Positions 18,363 to 26,335 of a stretch of 27,925 nt of DNA are shown here, in pieces. The position numbers and the translations under genes are program-made. The stretch's first letter is position 1; every line of letters starts with the position of its first letter. This DNA is from Fibrobacterota bacterium (GTDB lineage Bacteria > Fibrobacterota > Fibrobacteria > UBA11236): positions 1-27,925 of the forward strand of contig JAYUVP010000084.1 of the NCBI GenBank assembly GCA_043753995.1. Reading direction: 5' to 3'. Under the pieces are notes generated by a model. The model searched no databases. It saw only the letters and a list, made by a program, of their open reading frames with translations, and was not told the origin of the DNA.

Positions 18363-18806
18363 GTGGAAAACAAAAAGACACTTCCCAATGCCCAAGCCAT
18401 TTATGCCGAATGGCTGAAGCGCAAGGGCATGTTCTTCACCAAAGAACGCGTCCTCTTGCTCGACTTCATCATGGCGCAGCCCGGTCATTTCAGCGCCGAT
18501 GAATTGCTTTTCGAGCTGCAGAAAATCCAAGCCAAGATTTCACGTGCCACGGTCTATCGCAGCTTGAGCCAAATGGTCGAGGCCGGCATTTTAACCGAAA
18601 GCGATTTCGGACATGGCCACACCCACTACGAAATCTCCCTGGGCACCCGCCCGCATGTGCACTTCATCTTCACTGATACCGGCGAAGTGAAGGAAATTCA
18701 CAGCCAAAAAATCGAAGATGCCTTGAGCGAATTGGCTCGTAAAGAAGGCTTCACCATCAAGCGCTTCAAAATTCAAGTCTTCGGCGAAAGCCGCAAAGTC
18801 CGCTGA
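18363..18806 (+). CDS. Fur-family transcriptional regulator (no cysteines)
   Basis: FTKER, HFSADEL, ISRATVYRSL wHTH, HYE and PHVHFI..TGEVKE. Confidence 0.92.
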   Translation: MENKKTLPNAQAIYAEWLKRKGMFFTKERVLLLDFIMAQPGHFSADELLFELQKIQAKISRATVYRSLSQMVEAGILTESDFGHGHTHYEISLGTRPHVHFIFTDTGEVKEIHSQKIEDALSELARKEGFTIKRFKIQVFGESRKVR

Positions 18807-18863
18807 CAAGTTCAAAGTGAAACGTCTCGCCCAGCCCCGCTGGCTAGTGGATTCATTCCCCCA

Positions 18864-19646
18864 ATGACTCTTGATTTGCTGTCCGCCTGCGGGCTTGCCG
18901 TGGCCGGAATGGCGGCGGGAGGGCTCAATGCGCTCGCCGGAGGTGGCGGCTTCATCGTCCTACCTGCCCTGATGTTGGCGGGGTCGACAGCGGTTCATGC
19001 CAATACCACGGGTTCGGTGGCCGTATTGCCTGGCGCCTTCGTCACCGTGCTGGCCTATCGAAAGGGCCTGGGAGCCGACGCCAAGTCCCTGCCTCTTTAT
19101 ATCACCCTCGGTATACTCGGCAGCATTTTGGGATCGGCGCTTTTGCTTTTCACCACCAATGAGGCTTTTCTTCAGCTTTTACCCTGGTTGCTCCTGGGCG
19201 CGACCTTGCTTTTTCTTTTCGGCCAACGTCTCACCGAGGTCGCTCGCCGTTCGGGCAAGCTCGGAAGCGATGGGCATCGCCGTCGTTGGCAAGTGCCGGT
19301 CTTACTCTCAGTCATCGCCATTTACGGCGGATATTTCGGCGGCGGCATGGGCATCATGACCCTGGCCGCCTTGGCCTTGCTTGGCATCGAAGATATCCAT
19401 GAAATCAATGCCCTCAAGAGCATTTTGGTTTTCATCATTTGCACCGTGAGCGTGCTTTTTTTCATTGCTCAAGGAGCCGTCGATTGGGTACCGGCCTTGC
19501 CTATGATGGCGGGCAATTTAGTCGGTGGTTATGCCGCCAGCCGCTGGGCCGTCGGACTGCCCAAGGTTTTGCTGCGACGCGTGATCAGCGGCCTCTGTGT
19601 CACGATCACCCTAGCCTATATGCTGCGCGCCTGGGTATTGCGGTAA
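18864..19646 (+). CDS. Sulfite exporter TauE/SafE (TSUP) family membrane protein
   Basis: AGGLNALAGGGGFIVLPAL, ANTT, YGGYFGGGMGI, INALK; about 8 TM segments. Confidence 0.9.
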   Translation: MTLDLLSACGLAVAGMAAGGLNALAGGGGFIVLPALMLAGSTAVHANTTGSVAVLPGAFVTVLAYRKGLGADAKSLPLYITLGILGSILGSALLLFTTNEAFLQLLPWLLLGATLLFLFGQRLTEVARRSGKLGSDGHRRRWQVPVLLSVIAIYGGYFGGGMGIMTLAALALLGIEDIHEINALKSILVFIICTVSVLFFIAQGAVDWVPALPMMAGNLVGGYAASRWAVGLPKVLLRRVISGLCVTITLAYMLRAWVLR

Positions 19647-19657
19647 AAAAACCAAAT

Positions 19658-19686
19658 AAAAAAGGCCAGCTGGGTAGCCGACCTTT
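19658..19686 (-). terminator. Intrinsic terminator of rpsD
   Basis: Minus-strand AAAGGTCGGCT-ACCC-AGCTGGCC-TTTTTT. The stem closes with G.U pairs only on the minus strand and is followed by a U run. Confidence 0.7.
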
Positions 19687-19728
19687 CCATCGCGAAAAAA
19701 TCGCGAAAGTATCTCGAAAAGCGAAATC

Positions 19729-20334
19729 TTACTTGGAGTAAAATTCGACGACGTATTGCTCGTTGAGTTTGACGGGGATTTGATCGCGCAGGGGACGGGC
19801 GAGCAATTTGCCTTCCATCTTCACCTTATTGATCTCATAGTATTCGGGAACCATGACGCCACCGCTGTGGGTCAAGGACTCGACGATTTGCACGTGAGTC
19901 TTGCTCTTGTCATGCACCGTGATGAGATCGCCAACGCGCAGCTTTTGGCTGGGCGTGAAAATGCGGCGGCCATTCATCATGAAATGGCCATGAGCCACGT
20001 ACTGACGCGCGGCATAAATCGTACGGGCAAAGCCCATGCGATAAATGGCGGCATCGGCGCGGGTTTCGAGCTCAATGAGCAGGGCCGTTCCAGTGGACTC
20101 GTGACTATGCGATGCTTTGGCGAAATAGGTGCGCAGCTGCTTCTCGGACACGTTATACGTGTGCTTGAGGCGCTGTTTTTCCATCAGCTGGGTCTTATAG
20201 GTCGAGGGGCTCTTCTTACGCGCCAAGCCATGTTGGCCTGGGGTGAAGGAGCGGCGCTCCATGATACGGGCTGCCTTGGGAGTCAGGGCAAGACCGAGAG
20301 CACGAGAAATTTTGACTTTTGCAGCAGCCGGCAT
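19729..20334 (-). CDS. rpsD: 30S ribosomal protein S4 (stand-alone, no zinc-ribbon cysteines)
   Basis: PGQHG, QLMEKQRLK..YNVSEKQLR, LETRADAAIYRMGFA, ARQYVAHGH, VVEFYSK. AAGGA SD. Confidence 0.96.
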   Translation of the reverse strand: MPAAAKVKISRALGLALTPKAARIMERRSFTPGQHGLARKKSPSTYKTQLMEKQRLKHTYNVSEKQLRTYFAKASHSHESTGTALLIELETRADAAIYRMGFARTIYAARQYVAHGHFMMNGRRIFTPSQKLRVGDLITVHDKSKTHVQIVESLTHSGGVMVPEYYEINKVKMEGKLLARPLRDQIPVKLNEQYVVEFYSK

Positions 20335-20386
20335 GCGCTATCCTTTTGCAGTACCTAGGCGATAAACCTGATTTTTAGGGGAAGGG

Positions 20387-20415
20387 AATGTACATCGATC
20401 CTGTTCCAATTTCAA
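20387..20415 (-). promoter_or_regulatory. sigma70-like promoter of rpsD
   Basis: Minus-strand TTGAAA (20415-20410), 17 nt, TACATT (20392-20387). Confidence 0.65.
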
Positions 20416-20475
20416 TGTCTTAGACGTCCACACAGGGCGATTTTATAGATTTGAGGCCAAAGCGGAGGTCTCCGG

Positions 20476-20793
20476 ATGCCTAAATCCGACGAAATTTCAG
20501 TTCAGGAGCTCCAAGAGGCCCTGGAAAGCAATCCCCAGACCCATTTGGTGGATGTGCGCGAAACCGAAGAATTCAATGAGGTGAATCTCAAGGGCAAGCT
20601 CGTTCCCCTGAGCCAGCTTGAGCAAAGATGGGCCGAAATCCCCAAGGAAGGGACGGTCTATATCTATTGCCGTTCCGGCCGTCGCTCCCGCACTGCCATC
20701 GAATTCCTAAAGTCTAAAGGCTATGACAATTGCATGAATGTCACGGGTGGCATTCTGGCGTGGCTAAACGAAATCAATCCCGACGGCCGCTAA
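20476..20793 (+). CDS. Single-domain rhodanese (sulfurtransferase)
   Basis: LVDVRETEEF, active-site loop YCRSGRRS, NVTGGILAW. GGAGG SD. Confidence 0.93.
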   Translation: MPKSDEISVQELQEALESNPQTHLVDVRETEEFNEVNLKGKLVPLSQLEQRWAEIPKEGTVYIYCRSGRRSRTAIEFLKSKGYDNCMNVTGGILAWLNEINPDGR

Positions 20794-20808
20794 GACCACT
20801 CAAAGGCG

Positions 20809-21168
20809 TCAGCGCCAGGTTTTTCGAAAAACGTCCTCATCAAAGCCGACCGTGGCCTTCTGGCCGTCCGAGACCAGGGGTCGCTTGATAAGACGACCTT
20901 GGCCGGCCAATAAGGTCAGCATGGCGTCTTCGTCCATATCTCCCACCTTGTCTTTCAGGCCCATAGCCTTATAAACCTCACCGCTGGTATTGAAGGCCTT
21001 GCGCATCGGGGCTCCCGCTTGCTTCAGTATGGCTTTCAAACCCGACTTGGCCGGAGGTTTTTCGGTGATGTCCACGAAGGTGAATTCTAAGCCCGCGGCC
21101 TCCAAAGCCTTTTCGGCCTTGCGGCAGGTAGAACATTTCTTGTATCCATAAAAAGTGATTTTAGGCAT
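20809..21168 (-). CDS. ArsC/Spx/MgsR-family protein (YffB/YusI-like)
   Basis: From ATG 21168: ITFYGYKKCSTCRKA, FNTSG, GRLIKRPL, VGF. Confidence 0.9.
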   Translation of the reverse strand: MPKITFYGYKKCSTCRKAEKALEAAGLEFTFVDITEKPPAKSGLKAILKQAGAPMRKAFNTSGEVYKAMGLKDKVGDMDEDAMLTLLAGQGRLIKRPLVSDGQKATVGFDEDVFRKTWR

Positions 21169-21174
21169 GCCCGA

Positions 21175-21180
21175 AAGGTA
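21175..21180 (-). promoter_or_regulatory. -10 element of a leaderless ArsC/Spx-like promoter
   Basis: Minus-strand TACCTT, 6 nt (TCGGGC), ATG 21168. No SD. Confidence 0.5.
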
Positions 21181-21320
21181 AAAAGGCGGCTGCGACAACC
21201 CAGGAACCGGCTATTCGGAACCCTTGGTCCCGTCCCTGCCATGCGGCGAGAGAATTTCGGCGATAGGATGAAAAAGCGGGCCCGGTCCCATGGACTTTTT
21301 CTCCCGCAATGGAGGCAAGC

Positions 21321-21668
21321 ATGTCTTTCGCATCCCGTCTCATGTCGGTTACCCCAGCCCTGGTATTCGCCGGAGGTTTTGGCTTCAGCGCTTGGTCCAG
21401 CCTCGGCTTTCAGCCTGCCTTGGCCTCAGGCCTGCAGGGACAAGCTATTTCCGATGCGGCTTTGCCGGAGAAAGCGACAAAGCCAACCCAACATCAAATC
21501 GGCGACCAGCAAATTACGGGAGATATAGGCTCGAAAACGCCTTACGTGTTGGGAGAAGGATTGACCATTCCCCAACCCCAAATAAACCCCGAGCGACGCT
21601 TTGACGCCGAACTTCCCGGAAACCTCGATCGCGAGAGCCTGGAATTTCAATTCCAAGAAAATGGCTGA
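21321..21668 (+). CDS. Small hypothetical, probably exported protein (115 aa)
   Basis: GGAGG SD at 21311-21315 before ATG 21321. Hydrophobic N-terminus ending in an ALA-type site. Fills the gap upstream of mtgA. Confidence 0.6.
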   Translation: MSFASRLMSVTPALVFAGGFGFSAWSSLGFQPALASGLQGQAISDAALPEKATKPTQHQIGDQQITGDIGSKTPYVLGEGLTIPQPQINPERRFDAELPGNLDRESLEFQFQENG

Positions 21669-21697
21669 CAGCTTCGGAGCTAATTTTCGCCATCACT

Positions 21698-22462
21698 ATG
21701 GCCCGTGACAAAAAGCGTGATTCCCCCCGGACGGTAACACGTCCGGGCAAAGGCCGCGGCACCGGCAAATCCAAGCGGAATTTTTTTCTTAGACTGCTTC
21801 ATGGGGTTCGCCAGGCAGTGCTGATTTTCGTGGCTGTCACCTTCGCCATCACCTTATTGTTTCGCTTCGTAAAGCCTCCTGGGACGCCCCTAATGATCAT
21901 TCGAATGGGCGAACAATGGCTGAATCACGAACCCATCCAGGCACGCAAAGAATGGCAACCGCTTGAGCAAATGGCGCCAGCTCTGGCGCAAGCGGTCATC
22001 GCTTCCGAGGATCAGAATTTTTTCGACCATCACGGATTTGACATTCGCGCCTTAATGTCGGCAGTAGAAGGCAATATTTCAGGTCGCCGAATGGCCGGAG
22101 CCAGCACCATCTCCCAGCAAACCGCGAAAAATCTATTCCTTTGGCCCGATCGAAGCTGGGCGAGAAAAGCCCTGGAAGTCTATTTCACCGGGCTGATTGA
22201 ATTGCTCTGGAGCAAGCGGCGCATTCTAGAGGTTTATCTCAATATTGCCGAAACCGGCCAAGGAATTTACGGCTTTCCCCTGGCATCCCAGGTTTATTAT
22301 CGCAGCTCGGTAGGAAAATTGACCTCGGAGGAGGCGGCTTTGTTGGCGGCCTGTTTGCCCAATCCCCGGTCTTGGACACCTCAGCATGCGCCGCGCCATG
22401 TCTTGCGGCGTCAAGCTTGGATTTTGCGGCAAATGTCGATGCGCGGGAACTTGCCGCTTTAA
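21698..22462 (+). CDS. mtgA: Monofunctional biosynthetic peptidoglycan transglycosylase
   Basis: GT51 motifs ASEDQNFFDHHGFD, GASTISQQTAKNLFLW, RKALE, KRRILEVYLN, LPNP. One N-terminal TM. Confidence 0.95.
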   Translation: MARDKKRDSPRTVTRPGKGRGTGKSKRNFFLRLLHGVRQAVLIFVAVTFAITLLFRFVKPPGTPLMIIRMGEQWLNHEPIQARKEWQPLEQMAPALAQAVIASEDQNFFDHHGFDIRALMSAVEGNISGRRMAGASTISQQTAKNLFLWPDRSWARKALEVYFTGLIELLWSKRRILEVYLNIAETGQGIYGFPLASQVYYRSSVGKLTSEEAALLAACLPNPRSWTPQHAPRHVLRRQAWILRQMSMRGNLPL

Positions 22463-22471
22463 AAAGCCATC

Positions 22472-25400
22472 ATGAGCGCTACTCTTTATTTCAGCAATAG
22501 TGCGGCCATTTTACTCGATCAACTCGCCGCTCATATCGGACAGGGCGATCCCTTTACGGCGCCTCGCCTCGCCACCCCCACCGCAGCCTTGCGGCGACTC
22601 GTGCAAATGGGTCTGGCCGAAAGACTGGGTGCCGTGGCCAATCTAGGCTTTTTGCATTTGGAGCGCGCCTTGTGGGATTGCCTTGCGAATCTCGACGCCT
22701 ATCGCTTGGCGCCCGATCGCGAACCGGCGCGCCTATTTAGCCCTGGAGATTTGCAGGCGCTTTTGCTGGCCAAGCTTCTGGAGCGACCTCCCGAAGCTGC
22801 CGCGCAGTATCTAGGCTGGGGAATGAAAGCCGATGGGCTTGAAGCTGGGGGCATCGGCAGTATCCCCCGTGACGTGGACATTTCCCCTTCCGCGTGGCGC
22901 AAGGCTTTGCAATTGTCGGGACGCCTCGCCTATTTATTCCGCGAATACGAATACAGCCGTGTGCGTGAGCATGGCCGTGAAGGATTGGCGGCCCTGTGGC
23001 TGCGCGGTTCGCCTTGCTTCGCCGACTATCTCGATGCCGGTTCGCCTTCGGCGACCAAGCAGCGAGTGGCTGCCTTGGAAAGCTGGCAAAGCGATTTATA
23101 CCGCGATGTCTTCGGCCCGAATGGATTGCGCGACATCCTGGGTGCGGTAACGGGCCGCTACCTCTATACCTTGCCGCAATACCGCGAAATGGTTTTCGCC
23201 CAGCCGCGAACCACGCCGGTCGTGGCGAACCCCACCTTGGAGCACGCCGATGGGGACAGGTCCCGGAAGGATATCGCCCTTGACCTTTTCGGCTTGGCAC
23301 AAATCTCCCCATTTCACCGCAGCCTCATTCAACAATTATCCGATACCGAAATCACGGGAGGAAATCCGACTCGATTTCGAATTTATGCCCTCAACCCCTG
23401 CGCGGAATATTGGGAAGACGCCCTCGACCCCCGAACACGACGTCGCCGCATGCAGCAAGATCTTTTGCGGCAAGAGCGTTTCTTGTCCTGGCGTCACCTC
23501 GATATCGCCGAAAAGAAGCGGCTGCAATTGCGGCGCGATGCCTTATGGGCCGAAAGCCTCGCCGCCGATCCGCAGGATAATGCCCTCCTCGCCCGCTGGG
23601 GCCTGGTGGGCAGAGAAAATGTCCAACTCTGGTGCCAGGTCACCGACTATGCCTTCGCGGGTCGTTTTCGCGAACCCACGGGAAACACTTTGTTAGCGAC
23701 CGTGCAGTCGGCAGTTTTACATCGCTCCGGGCCCTTACCCATGGAAGAACGCGTCGCCCAGGACCTAAGCCTTCGCCTGATGGCGGCGCCCGAAATCCAT
23801 CGTGAAATCGAAACGGTTTTGCATGACATGATTGAGCGATGCGCCGCGGACCCGACCTTGCGGCCGGACGATATGGCCATCCTGCTCACCAATGGCGAGG
23901 CTTATGGACCGGTCATCGACACCGTATTTGGCGCCCGCGGTTTTGGCGACGCCGGGTTTCTTCCCTTTGTCCGGCCCGAAGCGGGTTTGCATGCCTCGGA
24001 TGCCTATTTGCGGGGCCTTCACACCTTGGCGGCCATGGCCCAGGGCGAATTCGACCGTCCGCATTTTCTCGAATTAATCGCCAATCCCCGCTGTCAAACC
24101 CGCCTCGGCTTCGACGCTGCCGCAGCCGAAACCATGGCCCAATGGGTGACAGCCATGAACCTTTTCCAGGGCCAGGGCGATAACTTAAGTGATGCCAAGA
24201 CGCGAACCGATCCTCATCGCTTCCTCACTGGCATGCGACGACTTTTGCTCGGCTTTTGGCTGGAACCCCCAGGTGACGGGGAAGGGACGTCTTTCCAAGG
24301 TTACTCTCCCTATGCCCCACCCATGGGCGATCGCGAAACCTTGGCCTCTTTTTGCGGCTTGGTCAAAGCTCTCGAATATGGGCTGGCGCCCTTTTTCGCC
24401 ATAGCCAAATCGGAATCCCCCATGACGCCGCGGGGCATGCCGCAATGGGCCGATGCCTTTTTCAATCTCGCCGAGGCCTGCCTGTCTCCGGCGGACGAGG
24501 CGGGCGAAGCCGCCTTCGTTCACCAAATTCAACAATGGCGGCAAGGCCTTGAGTTTTTCGACCGAGCCCGCCAGGCCTTGCGCGGCGAGGCCGAGACGAT
24601 TTCAAGTGCTTCGAATGGCCCGGCTTCAGTGGATCAGCCCAAGGGGCTTTTTCTGGAAAGCCTGCGCGAGGCCCTGGCCTCGGCGAATGCACCGGGTCGC
24701 CCCTGGCTGACGGGTGGGGTGCAAGTGGGAAGCCTGGAAGCCTTGCGCGGCCTGCCTTTTCGCGTGCTTTATGTTCCCGGATTGCAAGAAGGGGACTTCC
24801 CAGACGAGCCCCTGCAAAGCAGTCTCGATTTACGTCAATTCCGGCGCGTCATCGGCGATCTTGAGCCAGCGGCGCGTAACCGCTATTCCCTGCTCATGGC
24901 CTTGATGCAGGCCAAGGATGCCGTGGTGCTAAGCTATGTCGATCGCGACTTGGAGCGGGATCGCGATCAGCAGCGAAGTTCGGCCTTAGGCGAACTCGTC
25001 GACTATCTCGAATCCGACATCTTACCACGGAAGGATGAGAAACGGGCAGGTTTCCGTCTCGTCCGCGTTTCCCTGGATCCGGGTGCGCCGCCCCAGGTTT
25101 CCGCTGACGGCGAGGAGGCCTTATCTCCCCCGCGTCATCCGTTTCCCGAAGGCGATCTTATTTCGCATGAGAACCTCCTCGGTGCCACTCGCGTCTCAGG
25201 ACAGACACAGGAGGCGAAAAATGACCTGGATTCGCGGCAATCCTTGCCGACGGCTTTAGACGTTGACGACCTTGTGAGGTTTTTACGGCATCCGCGCAGA
25301 CAAGTTTTGAAATGGCGACTCAAACTTTCCGATCGCTATGCGGAAGCCGTTGAAGAAACCGAGCCCTTCGCCTTGCCCGAACGCCTGCGAAGAGACTTGC

Positions 25401-26335
25401 CGAGATTTTGCCTTGCCGAAGCAGCATGCCAAGGCCATTCCTTTTCCTTGAACGAATCTCTATCCAGAAGGCTCAAGGCATTGCGCCTGCAAGGCGCTTT
25501 GCCGCCGGGAGATTTCGGTGAGGAGGCGGAAAGGCAATTGCGCGAGTCCACGGAAATGTGGTGGCAACAAATTCACGAATCCTTGCGTGAAACCTGGGGA
25601 ACAGCCCAAGCCTCAGCCTTAACCCTGGCTCGATTTGGGGACGGCAGTCCGCGCTCTCCGCTTTTACCACGACGCGACTATCCCGCCATCGCCTGCGCAG
25701 AGTGGACTTGGCAAGGCCAATTGCCCTTTGTTTGGCGCACCCCGCGCGGCGGTTGGGGCCACCTGGCCATACCCTACTCGTCCTCTGCAAAACCTTCCTC
25801 CTGGACGCCTTGGCTAAAGGCCTTCTCCTTTTTCTGTCTGGCTTTTCAGTCTACTTCAGCCTTGTCAGAAGGCCTTCGAGAAGCGCCAGTGGAATTGTGG
25901 TTGGCCCCGGTGCCGGGCAAGACAGGGAAACCTCGGCGTTACCTATTGCAAATCGATGCCCACACCGCTCGGAATTGGATCGAAATGATGTCCATGCAAT
26001 TGCGATCCAATTTGCTGGATTCCAACGCGCCTGTGGGGCCGGATTTATCACTTTGGCATAAATGGGTAGGCTTTAAAAAACGGCCATGGTTTCAGGAAGA
26101 TTCTGCTGGCGAGGCCTTTCGCCTGTATGTGAAAAGGGCCTTGGAGGCTTCCACGGAGACCATAGAGCCAGGCTTGTCGCCCCTCGCGGAAACTGAAAAC
26201 CTGCTGCCGCCCGCACCTAACCTGGAGGCCCTAGCCTGGGCTCGGGATGCATTTGATCCCCTGCTCGCGGCCATTACACCAGAAAAAGCAGAATCGTCCG
26301 AACAGGTCGAACAAGCCGAAACCGAAGAAGCATGA
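22472..26335 (+). CDS. recC: Exodeoxyribonuclease V gamma subunit RecC (long, divergent)
   Basis: LYFSN, DPF, LNPCAEYWED, LLARWGLVGRE, LLATVQ, REIETVLHD, LRPDDMAIL, LRGLPFRVL..GL..GDFP, FLRHP. Directly upstream of recB. Confidence 0.88.
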   Translation: MSATLYFSNSAAILLDQLAAHIGQGDPFTAPRLATPTAALRRLVQMGLAERLGAVANLGFLHLERALWDCLANLDAYRLAPDREPARLFSPGDLQALLLAKLLERPPEAAAQYLGWGMKADGLEAGGIGSIPRDVDISPSAWRKALQLSGRLAYLFREYEYSRVREHGREGLAALWLRGSPCFADYLDAGSPSATKQRVAALESWQSDLYRDVFGPNGLRDILGAVTGRYLYTLPQYREMVFAQPRTTPVVANPTLEHADGDRSRKDIALDLFGLAQISPFHRSLIQQLSDTEITGGNPTRFRIYALNPCAEYWEDALDPRTRRRRMQQDLLRQERFLSWRHLDIAEKKRLQLRRDALWAESLAADPQDNALLARWGLVGRENVQLWCQVTDYAFAGRFREPTGNTLLATVQSAVLHRSGPLPMEERVAQDLSLRLMAAPEIHREIETVLHDMIERCAADPTLRPDDMAILLTNGEAYGPVIDTVFGARGFGDAGFLPFVRPEAGLHASDAYLRGLHTLAAMAQGEFDRPHFLELIANPRCQTRLGFDAAAAETMAQWVTAMNLFQGQGDNLSDAKTRTDPHRFLTGMRRLLLGFWLEPPGDGEGTSFQGYSPYAPPMGDRETLASFCGLVKALEYGLAPFFAIAKSESPMTPRGMPQWADAFFNLAEACLSPADEAGEAAFVHQIQQWRQGLEFFDRARQALRGEAETISSASNGPASVDQPKGLFLESLREALASANAPGRPWLTGGVQVGSLEALRGLPFRVLYVPGLQEGDFPDEPLQSSLDLRQFRRVIGDLEPAARNRYSLLMALMQAKDAVVLSYVDRDLERDRDQQRSSALGELVDYLESDILPRKDEKRAGFRLVRVSLDPGAPPQVSADGEEALSPPRHPFPEGDLISHENLLGATRVSGQTQEAKNDLDSRQSLPTALDVDDLVRFLRHPRRQVLKWRLKLSDRYAEAVEETEPFALPERLRRDLPRFCLAEAACQGHSFSLNESLSRRLKALRLQGALPPGDFGEEAERQLRESTEMWWQQIHESLRETWGTAQASALTLARFGDGSPRSPLLPRRDYPAIACAEWTWQGQLPFVWRTPRGGWGHLAIPYSSSAKPSSWTPWLKAFSFFCLAFQSTSALSEGLREAPVELWLAPVPGKTGKPRRYLLQIDAHTARNWIEMMSMQLRSNLLDSNAPVGPDLSLWHKWVGFKKRPWFQEDSAGEAFRLYVKRALEASTETIEPGLSPLAETENLLPPAPNLEALAWARDAFDPLLAAITPEKAESSEQVEQAETEEA

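Noticed and set aside
19689..19727. ATCGCGAAA direct repeat and CGAAA echoes in the rpsD 3' UTR
   Set aside because: Only two exact copies with no spacer structure; not CRISPR or a recognisable element.
19756..20358. 200-aa plus-strand ORF opposite rpsD
   Set aside because: Antisense shadow of a codon-biased ribosomal protein gene.
20388..20399. Palindromes ATGTACAT and ATCGAT at the rpsD -10 as a Zur/Fur box
   Set aside because: Too short and unlike the Fur or Zur consensus boxes I know.
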